From a virus: a stretch of DNA of 64,000 nucleotides. The notes beneath the pieces were generated by a model, which saw only the letters and a program-made list of their open reading frames with translations, was not told the origin of the DNA and searched no databases. Positions 1 through 5,674 of this stretch are shown piece by piece. The translations under genes and the position numbers were made by a program. The stretch is from the IMG/VR virus record IMGVR_UViG_2864926767_000001; one strand, 5' to 3'. The first letter of the stretch is position 1. Each line of letters opens with the position of its first letter.

Positions 1-134
1 TGACTGACGGAAAAAGCGTTGGTCTGCTCAGCGCCCTGACTAAGGCAGGTCTTGCCTTCGAGGGCCGTCAGCACAACTCCCTCAACGATGCGAAGAACCT
101 GGCCCGCCTGATCACCAAGGAAAACCTCCTCTAG
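1..134 (+). CDS. 3' end of a DEDDh 3'-5' exonuclease (ERI1/KapD-like), partial
   Basis: Frame from nt 3 reads TDGKSVGLLSALTKAGLAFEGRQHNSLNDAKNLARL..*, resembling the ExoIII H-x4-D motif; N-terminus lies outside the window. Confidence 0.55.
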   Translation, partial: TDGKSVGLLSALTKAGLAFEGRQHNSLNDAKNLARLITKENLL

Positions 135-146
135 CGATCTAGCGGC

Positions 147-184
147 CAAAGAAAAAGCCGCCGGGCATTGCGCCAGGCGGCTTT
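147..184 (-). terminator. Intrinsic terminator ending the tRNA operon (possibly bidirectional)
   Basis: Minus strand AAAGCCGCC-13nt-GGCGGCTTTTTCTTT, just downstream of the last tRNA. Confidence 0.8.
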
Positions 185-209
185 CGAGATCCGCACGATG
201 CGGTCAAAT

Positions 210-285
210 TGGAGCGGATAAGGAGGTTCGAACTCCTGGCCTGCGCCTTGGCAAGACGCCGCTCTACCAGCTGAGCTATATCCGC
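210..285 (-). tRNA. tRNA-Gly(GCC)
   Basis: Cloverleaf with encoded CCA; anticodon loop TTGCCAA. Confidence 0.95.
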
Positions 286-286
286 G

Positions 287-394
287 TGGTGGACGTTGCA
301 GGAGTCCAACCTGCTACCCCTCCTTGCGCAATGGCTGAGCCTAGCGTGGTAGCGAACTACCAGGCCCGCAAGGAAGAGCTGCCTCAGCACGCCC
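287..394 (-). ncRNA. 108-nt tRNA-like RNA with G3-U70 acceptor stem, T-arm and CCA but no anticodon arm
   Basis: GGGCGT/ACGTCC-A-CCA acceptor; T-arm GCAGG-TTGGACT-CCTGC; 12-bp helix CTCTTCCTTGCG/CGCAAGGAGGGG; internal UUCG hairpin. Confidence 0.7.
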
Positions 395-415
395 CTTGAA
401 ACTACACAGACAACT

Positions 416-491
416 TGGTGGAGAATGCGGGGTTCGAACCCGCGACCTCCTGCATGCCATGCAGGCGCTCTCCCAACTGAGCTAAGACCCC
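416..491 (-). tRNA. tRNA-Ala(GGC)
   Basis: Cloverleaf with CCA; loop ATGGCAT; G3-U70; U5.U68 and C6.U67 mismatches. Confidence 0.92.
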
Positions 492-499
492 GATGAAAC

Positions 500-575
500 T
501 GGTGGAGCAGGTGGGGCTCGAACCCACGACCTCAGGCATGCCATGCCTGCGCTCTTCTAACTGAGCTACAACCCC
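500..575 (-). tRNA. tRNA-Ala(GGC)
   Basis: Cloverleaf with CCA; loop ATGGCAT; G3-U70. Confidence 0.92.
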
Positions 576-590
576 GGTACTTCATTGAAC

Positions 591-666
591 TGGTGGAGAA
601 TGCGGGGCTCGAACCCGCGACCTCCTGCTTGCAAGGCAGGCGCTCTTCCAACTGAGCTAAGACCCC
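591..666 (-). tRNA. tRNA-Ala(TGC)
   Basis: Cloverleaf with CCA; loop CTTGCAA; G3-U70; same mismatched acceptor stem as 416..491. Confidence 0.93.
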
Positions 667-671
667 AAAAC

Positions 672-746
672 TGGTGCATGCGGAAAGATTCGAACTTTCG
701 GCCCCTCGATTATCGGTCGAGTGCTCTACCGCTGAGCTACGCGTGC
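672..746 (-). tRNA. tRNA-Ile(GAT)
   Basis: Cloverleaf with CCA; loop CCGATAA (C at position 33). Confidence 0.88.
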
Positions 747-790
747 ACAACCCTTTTCTACTCCGGCGGAAATCCAACGCCGGGTGAACC

Positions 791-866
791 TGGTGCCGAA
801 TGAGGGACTCGAACCCATCGCCCTCGCCCTTACCAAGGGCGCGCTCTACCACTGAGCTAAAACGGC
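791..866 (-). tRNA. tRNA-Thr(GGT)
   Basis: Cloverleaf with CCA; loop TTGGTAA. Confidence 0.92.
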
Positions 867-876
867 AGTGAAACAT

Positions 877-1134
877 TGGTGGAGATGACGGGAGTTGAAC
901 CCGCGCAACTGCTACTCAAGACCTTTCAATCCCGAGCTCCAAGGAGCTTTAGACTACGCTTCCCGTGCTTGTTTGGCCCCGCCAGGGTGGAGTGATTACC
1001 AGAACCCTTGAGGGGGCTCCCCTGGCCGCTATCGGTGCTTCTGAGACGTTCCGCTCCTCAAGATGAACAGTCGGGTTTTACCCCTCCGGCTTCTAGTTTA
1101 TGCCGTGCTCGCGACCAACTGAGCATCCATCCCC
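877..1134 (-). ncRNA. 258-nt tmRNA-like / tRNA-like RNA (G3-U70 acceptor, tmRNA-type T-arm, internal pseudoknot)
   Basis: GGGGATG/CATCTCC-A-CCA acceptor; 3' end GCGGGTTCAACTCCCGTCATCTCCACCA resembles ssrA 3' ends; interleaved CTTGAGG/CCTCAAG and GCCAGGG/CCCTGGC pairings. Confidence 0.7.
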
Positions 1135-1139
1135 GTATG

Positions 1140-1215
1140 TGGTGGTAACGAAGGGCTTCGAACCCCTGACCTACCCCGTATGAAGGGGCCGCTCTACCAG
1201 CTGAGCTACGTTACC
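1140..1215 (-). tRNA. tRNA-Met(CAT), elongator-like (Ile2 not excluded)
   Basis: Cloverleaf with CCA; loop TTCATAC; paired G1-C72. Confidence 0.88.
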
Positions 1216-1216
1216 T

Positions 1217-1286
1217 TGGCAGACCGCCCCGGATTCGAACCGAGCCTCTTCAGTTTTGGAGACCTAGAGGGTGCCAGACACGACCT
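1217..1286 (-). tRNA. tRNA-Trp(CCA), 70 nt, lacking a normal D-arm
   Basis: Acceptor AGGTCGT/GCGGTCT-G-CCA; loop CTCCAAA; T-loop TTCGAAT; only 9 nt in place of the D-arm. Confidence 0.72.
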
Positions 1287-1314
1287 GTTAAAACCTTCAA
1301 TTTCCGCTTAAAAG

Positions 1315-1391
1315 TGGGTTGAGAGATGGGGATCGAACCCACGACAACCGGAGCCACAATCCGGTGCTCTGCCAACTGAGCTACTCTCAAC
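1315..1391 (-). tRNA. tRNA-His(GTG)
   Basis: Cloverleaf with G-1, C73 and CCA; loop TTGTGGC. Confidence 0.95.
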
Positions 1392-1400
1392 ATCGAAACT

Positions 1401-1476
1401 TGGTAGATCCGGGCGGGCTCGAACCGCCGACCCTCTGCTTGTAAGGCAGATGCTCTTCCCACTGAGCTACAGATCT
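1401..1476 (-). tRNA. tRNA-Val(TAC)
   Basis: Cloverleaf with CCA; loop CTTACAA. Confidence 0.95.
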
Positions 1477-1490
1477 ACAAACCTTGAAAA

Positions 1491-1565
1491 TGGCGGCCCT
1501 TGGTGGGATCGAACCACCTCGTGGCGGGGTCAAATCCCGCTGCCTTCCCACTTGGCTAAAGGGCT
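1491..1565 (-). tRNA. tRNA-Gln(TTG)
   Basis: Cloverleaf with CCA; loop TTTTGAC-type with TTG anticodon; A1.C72 mismatch. Confidence 0.92.
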
Positions 1566-1608
1566 ACAACTCTTCTGCCTGCCTCTCTTCCGCAGGACTT
1601 CTTCTGTT

Positions 1609-1684
1609 TGGCGGCCCCGGTAGGACTCGAACCTACGCATGCCTGGATCAGAACCAGGTGCCTTACCAGCTTGGCTACAGGGCT
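1609..1684 (-). tRNA. tRNA-Gln(CTG)
   Basis: Cloverleaf with CCA; loop TTCTGAT. Confidence 0.93.
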
Positions 1685-1690
1685 ACTGTG

Positions 1691-1775
1691 TGGTGATGGA
1701 GGTAGGATTCGAACCTACGAACCTTCCGGAGCGGGGTTACAGTCCGCCGGCTTTGACCACTTGCACTACTCCATC
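1691..1775 (-). tRNA. tRNA-Tyr(GTA)
   Basis: Cloverleaf with long variable arm and CCA; loop CTGTAAC. Confidence 0.93.
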
Positions 1776-1861
1776 ATGACTTTCTCGCCAGGGCCGATTC
1801 AGGCCACCTCCTGGCTCACTGATTTTTTTCTGCCGGCGGAGGCTTCGCCTCTCGCCAAATT

Positions 1862-1937
1862 TGGCTCCGATTCCTGGACTCGAACCAGGGACTCCCTAGT
1901 TAACAGCTAGGTACTCTACCAACTGAGCTAAACCGGA
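1862..1937 (-). tRNA. tRNA-Asn(GTT)
   Basis: Cloverleaf with CCA; loop CTGTTAA. Confidence 0.95.
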
Positions 1938-1981
1938 ATTGACCTTCTCAAATCCCTGCAAAATCCTGCAGGCCTTGCATT

Positions 1982-2057
1982 TGGTGGGCCGCATTGGACT
2001 TGAACCAATGACCACCCGCTTAAGAGGCGGGTACTCTACCAACTGAGTTAGCAGCCC
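1982..2057 (-). tRNA. tRNA-Lys(CTT)
   Basis: Cloverleaf with CCA; loop CTCTTAA. Confidence 0.95.
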
Positions 2058-2160
2058 AAAATCATCCCCAGTGTATCGCCGTGGGGTGCGCCGCATACGA
2101 AGCGGGTCGGGTCTCAGCTCCCTGCAGGTTGCCCGTGGGCAATCCTGGTCTGCTGGTCTC
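2058..2160 (-). repeat. Structured ~100-nt element, copy 1 (immediately upstream of tRNA-Lys(CTT))
   Basis: Aligns with 2567..2664, with compensatory base changes in two stems. Confidence 0.75.
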
Positions 2161-2162
2161 TT

Positions 2163-2240
2163 TGGCGGGCCGGGGGAGGACTCGAACCCCCTACCTCAAG
2201 GATTTGGAATCCCGTATGCAGCCAGTTACACCTCCGACCC
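2163..2240 (-). tRNA. tRNA-Trp(CCA)
   Basis: Cloverleaf with G73 and CCA; loop TTCCAAA; one extra C between T-stem and acceptor stem. Confidence 0.85.
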
Positions 2241-2335
2241 GTGTTACTCAGCGAGCGGCCAGGAATTTTTACCCTACCAGTCTGCTGTCTTGCCCATCGA
2301 GTTGGCGTATTCCACCATCTCAATTACCCCTAAAT

Positions 2336-2411
2336 TGGCTCCGGGAACAGGGCTCGAACCTGTGACCCGCGCATTAACAGTGCGCTGCTCTTCCGACTGA
2401 GCTATCCCGGA
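2336..2411 (-). tRNA. tRNA-Asn(GTT)
   Basis: Cloverleaf with CCA; loop CTGTTAA. Confidence 0.95.
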
Positions 2412-2490
2412 AAGGTACATCTACATCTCTGCGTAAGCGGCCCCTTCACGCGCCCTTCCGCTGGCTCCCCGTAACGGGAGCCCCCTGATT

Positions 2491-2566
2491 TGGTGGGCCG
2501 CATTGGATTCGAACCAATGACCAGATGGTTAAAAGCCACCTGCTCTGCCAGCTGAGCTAGCGACCC
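2491..2566 (-). tRNA. tRNA-Lys(TTT)
   Basis: Cloverleaf with CCA; loop CTTTTAA. Confidence 0.95.
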
Positions 2567-2664
2567 AAAATCGTCCCCAGTGTGTCGCCGTGGGGTGCGC
2601 AGCATACGGAGCTGGCCGGGTCTCGGCTCTTTGCAGGTTGGCCAGAAGGCGCCTGGGCTGCCGG
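2567..2664 (-). repeat. Structured ~100-nt element, copy 2 (immediately upstream of tRNA-Lys(TTT))
   Basis: Aligns with 2058..2160. Confidence 0.75.
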
Positions 2665-2716
2665 TTATCTATCTTGCCCTCCGCCCGCTTGGGCCACTGG
2701 GAGGACATTGCATTTT

Positions 2717-2792
2717 TGGTGGAAAAGGACAGGTTTGAACTGCCGACCTCACCCTTATCAGGGGTGCGCTCTACCAACTGAGCTACTCTTCC
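2717..2792 (-). tRNA. tRNA-Ile(GAT)
   Basis: Cloverleaf with CCA; loop CTGATAA. Confidence 0.95.
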
Positions 2793-2797
2793 AAAGT

Positions 2798-2872
2798 TGG
2801 AGCTGAAGACAAGATTCGAACTTGCATAAAGGTGGGTTGCAATCACCTGCCTATCCGTTCAGCCACTTCAGC
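2798..2872 (-). tRNA. tRNA-Cys(GCA)
   Basis: Cloverleaf with U73 and CCA; loop TTGCAAC. Confidence 0.92.
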
Positions 2873-2969
2873 ATCAAACTTTTCTCAAATTTTTGGCGCA
2901 CTTATCCCGCAACTTGAATAACAGTTTTAAAACAACTTTTAAGACAACATCTTAAACTTCAAAAACAAC

Positions 2970-3047
2970 TGGTGCATCAGGGCAGATTTGAACTGCCGAC
3001 CCTCGGGGTTTCACGCCGATGCTCTAACCAAACTGAGCTACCGATGC
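2970..3047 (-). tRNA. tRNA-Phe(GAA)
   Basis: Cloverleaf with CCA; loop GTGAAAC; C31.C39 mismatch. Confidence 0.88.
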
Positions 3048-3085
3048 ATTTAAAACATGAACTTAGAACTGCTAAGTTTCACTAT

Positions 3086-3162
3086 TGGTTGCGGGAGACG
3101 GATTCGAACCGCCGACCGCCGGATTATGAGTCCGACCATCTACCAACTGATTGTATCCCGCC
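3086..3162 (-). tRNA. tRNA-Met(CAT), initiator-like
   Basis: Cloverleaf with CCA; loop CTCATAA; unpaired G1.A72; only two G-C pairs near the anticodon loop. Confidence 0.85.
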
Positions 3163-3169
3163 TAAAACC

Positions 3170-3256
3170 TGGTGGAGCCGGTAGGACTTGAACCTACAGT
3201 GGGCGTCGCCCGGCGGATTTACAGTCCGCTGACTTTACCAATTCGTCTACGTCTCC
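3170..3256 (-). tRNA. tRNA-Tyr(GTA), first gene of the operon
   Basis: Cloverleaf with long variable arm and CCA; loop CTGTAAA. Confidence 0.93.
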
Positions 3257-3311
3257 AGGGTGCTTGGAACCTGCCTTGGGACGTTTGGCCACGTAGAACT
3301 TTATTCTGCGC

Positions 3312-3348
3312 AAACAAAAACCCCGAGGCTTTGGAGGCCTCGGGGTTT
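3312..3348 (-). terminator. Attenuator terminator upstream of the tRNA array
   Basis: Minus strand AAACCCCGAGGC-CTCCAAA-GCCTCGGGGTTT-TTGTTT, about 55 nt before the first tRNA. Confidence 0.85.
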
Positions 3349-3408
3349 ATTTGCCCTTTTAGCCGGCCTCCGCTTCTCAGCGCAGACCGACGAAAATTCG
3401 GTCTACGC
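3333..3408 (-). promoter_or_regulatory. Alternative attenuator hairpins (1:2, 2:3 and antiterminator 3:4)
   Basis: 1:2 GCGTAGACCGA/TCGGTCTGCGC (3380..3408); 2:3 CGGTCT-G-CGCT-GAGA-AGCG-G-AGGCCG (3364..3389); 3:4 GGAGGCC (3371-3365) with GGCCTCC (3339-3333). Confidence 0.8.
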
Positions 3409-3498
3409 AGGAGTCTTCACGCAATAATTGATAAACCACTGGGCCGCGATTTGCTTCGCGCCTTGCTGGTTCATGTGATTGTGGGTCATTGCGTTCAT
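3403..3498 (-). CDS. Leader peptide, 31 aa, MNAMTHNHMNQQGAKQIAAQWFINYCVKTPA (below the ORF-track cutoff)
   Basis: SD AGGAG 6 nt before ATG; stop TAG lies inside hairpin 1:2; composition mirrors the tRNA array. Confidence 0.85.
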   Translation of the reverse strand: MNAMTHNHMNQQGAKQIAAQWFINYCVKTPA

Positions 3499-3522
3499 GG
3501 ATAACTCCTGGGATGTGAGATC

Positions 3523-3570
3523 ATTAAAACAACGCTCTTATTCTTCGTCAACTACTTTTTTGAAATTTTT
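3523..3570 (-). promoter_or_regulatory. Strong sigma70 promoter of the tRNA operon
   Basis: TTGACG (3551-3546), 17 bp, TG-extended TTTAAT (3528-3523); A/T tract upstream resembles an UP element. Confidence 0.8.
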
Positions 3571-3671
3571 TTCAGAAGCTGTTTGCTGCCCCTTCGGCTC
3601 CGTCCTTATCATGGAGATAACAAGCATTACCCACCCTTTGGGTGACTACGCTGCCAACTAGGAGAACAACA

Positions 3672-4610
3672 ATGGTCAGCAGAATTGGACAGGCTCTGAA
3701 GAACTGCCTGACGAACGAAGTAGCTCACGCGAAGGCGATCACTGAGCATGACGCGTCGACCGGTAACAACTTCGCCTACAGGCTCCTCCCCGCCTCCGTT
3801 GTTGGCGCAAGCCTGATGAAGCTGTACCTCTCTGCTTCGCAACCTGGCAACAGCGTTACCGAAAACGTCCTGGCCGCTGGCCAGATGGTCGTCGACGCTA
3901 CCGCCGGCTTCGCAAACGACCACTCGACCGGCCTGATGGTTGGCGGTGCAGTCGTTGCTACTGCCTTCGCCGCCACTTTCGTGAAAGGCCTGGCGCTGGA
4001 AAACGAAGAGCTCCGCAAGCGCCTGAGAGATGCCTTCCAGAAGGAGGGCTATGGCGAAGAGGCCGTTCGATCCGCAGAGCGCGCTCACGCAGCTTTGCTG
4101 AAAACTCACAGCGACCTGAACTCCCTGGTGCACGCTGAGACACAATCGCTGAAGGCGCTGCTGCTCAAGCCGAGCAAGGAGCTGGTGAAAATCGCCAAGA
4201 AGCACAAGGTCGACATCGTTGACCCGGAAGCTCAGCGTGACCTGCAGATGGCTTACATCCACGGCCTACGTCAGGCCCTGGCAGAAGGTGTCGCGAAAGG
4301 TCGTGACATGTCCGGGAGCGTGAAGATCCACTCCAGGGACGTGAAGGCGGCCATCCTCGCCGGCATGACCACCTACTACCAGGCAATCGTGGGCAGCGAG
4401 CCGTCTCTCGGAGCTAAGGTGAAGTACACCATCACCGGGCGTGAAGGAGACCTCATCCAGGACTCCGTTGCCGGCCAGAAGGCCCAGAAAGGCTATGACG
4501 CCATCCGCGCCATGGATGCCGATGCACCGAAGGGTGAGTACTCCAAGAAGGAGATCCTCGAAGCCCTTCAGAAGCGTGAAAGGGATTCCTCGGTCGATCT
4601 CGGTCGCTAA
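3672..4610 (+). CDS. Hypothetical protein (2 possible TM segments; C-terminal PKGEYS motif)
   Basis: AGGAG SD before ATG 3672; coding-like codon bias. Confidence 0.75.
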   Translation: MVSRIGQALKNCLTNEVAHAKAITEHDASTGNNFAYRLLPASVVGASLMKLYLSASQPGNSVTENVLAAGQMVVDATAGFANDHSTGLMVGGAVVATAFAATFVKGLALENEELRKRLRDAFQKEGYGEEAVRSAERAHAALLKTHSDLNSLVHAETQSLKALLLKPSKELVKIAKKHKVDIVDPEAQRDLQMAYIHGLRQALAEGVAKGRDMSGSVKIHSRDVKAAILAGMTTYYQAIVGSEPSLGAKVKYTITGREGDLIQDSVAGQKAQKGYDAIRAMDADAPKGEYSKKEILEALQKRERDSSVDLGR

Positions 4611-4625
4611 GGACTCCCCCTTGGC

Positions 4626-4910
4626 TCAGATTCCATCAATCTCGGCCAGGTATTTCTCGATGGTGCTGACCACCTCCAGGGTGGTCAGTTCATCGAAGGG
4701 GCCCGCAGCTTCGATATACCGACGGAGATCCTCCTGGTAGCTCATTCCCATATTGGAGAGGATCAGCAAGCCCTCCCTGTCTTCCTGAGATAGCTCTCCT
4801 TTCCCTAGCTCCCCAAGCTTCAACCCAGCCGCCTCCAGGCGCGGGTAGAAGGACACAAACTTGTCCTTGGCCTTCTTGGTGAGGTCGTAGGCCTTGGCCG
4901 AATCGGTCAT
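4626..4910 (-). CDS. Hypothetical protein
   Basis: ORF track; ATG 4910 chosen; fills the gap between neighbours. Confidence 0.6.
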   Translation of the reverse strand: MTDSAKAYDLTKKAKDKFVSFYPRLEAAGLKLGELGKGELSQEDREGLLILSNMGMSYQEDLRRYIEAAGPFDELTTLEVVSTIEKYLAEIDGI

Positions 4911-5116
4911 CTCTGCAATTCCATGTAAAAAGAAACGTTTAGTCCCGTGGATCGAGCCCATGAGCCATCAGGCTCAGTCAGGCCGTGGCCTGCCGGCGTA
5001 TCGATCCTGGCGGGGAGGTTCCGACAATATTCCGGATAAAGACGGGCGGCAGTCAACCGACATTTACATGCTCGGGGATGCTGGAATAATGAGGCCTCGC
5101 TCTCGGAAAGGCTCTC

Positions 5117-5674
5117 ATGAAACGTCTACTCGCATGCCTGATGCTCTGCGTAGCTACGCTTGCATCACCCCTTCTGCAGGCTGGCCAGGCGCCCGTCGAC
5201 TGGCGGATCGCTCTGCTCAGCCAGGATCGATGCCTTAACCTCTATCGTCAGTCCACCAAGGAGCGGGTCAACGCCTGCTACTGGTACAAGCGGACGGGCC
5301 TTGATGCTGTCGGCTACGCCAAGGCGAACTACATCCTCAGAGACGCAGAAGAGCGCGTTCAGACGCGCATGGACGTGAAGCTGCTGGACGTGCTCTTCCT
5401 GATCCAGCAATGGCTCATCGCCGAAGGGCGCAACAGCGACATTCACGTGCTCTCCGGCTTCCGTACCCCGGCGCACAACAAGCGCCTGGAAGCCTCCGCA
5501 AAGGACTCACAACATCTCCATGGCAAAGCCGCCGACATCTTCATCCCAGGCCTCAAGACAAACCTGCTCGCAGCCATGAGCCGTGTGATCGGCGTGGGCG
5601 GTGTCGGCATCTACCCGGTGAAGAATTTCGTGCACGTAGATACGGGCAACGTAAGGGTGTGGGTCTACCGATGA
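5117..5674 (+). CDS. YcbK/DUF882 (peptidase M15A, MepK-like) secreted peptidoglycan endopeptidase
   Basis: Signal peptide; SGFRT..N, SQHLHGKAADI, GVGIY..NFVHVDTG motifs. Confidence 0.9.
   Translation: MKRLLACLMLCVATLASPLLQAGQAPVDWRIALLSQDRCLNLYRQSTKERVNACYWYKRTGLDAVGYAKANYILRDAEERVQTRMDVKLLDVLFLIQQWLIAEGRNSDIHVLSGFRTPAHNKRLEASAKDSQHLHGKAADIFIPGLKTNLLAAMSRVIGVGGVGIYPVKNFVHVDTGNVRVWVYR

Noticed and set aside
2271-2316. Possible 5'-half tRNA remnant between Asn and Trp
   Set aside because: Only loose D-arm and GGT-loop resemblance; no T-arm or CCA.
2058-2664. Lys-associated motif as an HDV-like/theta ribozyme
   Set aside because: An L3-like loop exists, but no P1 partner for the following GCGCAC and no consistent P2; kept only as an unknown motif.
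2665-2716. Twister-ribozyme-like words (CCCAAGC, GAGGG, TAA) downstream of tRNA-Ile
   Set aside because: I could not close P1, P2 and P4 consistently in either the standard or permuted topology. An Infernal search would settle it.
139-3504. ORF-track ORFs across the tRNA array
   Set aside because: They overlap tRNA cloverleaves on either strand and have no SD or coding bias. The 3172..3504 (+) ORF is antisense to the real leader.
5410-5670. Upstream extension of the 5410..6222 ORF
   Set aside because: Overlaps the YcbK-like gene; the signal peptide and ATGA coupling place the start at 5671.
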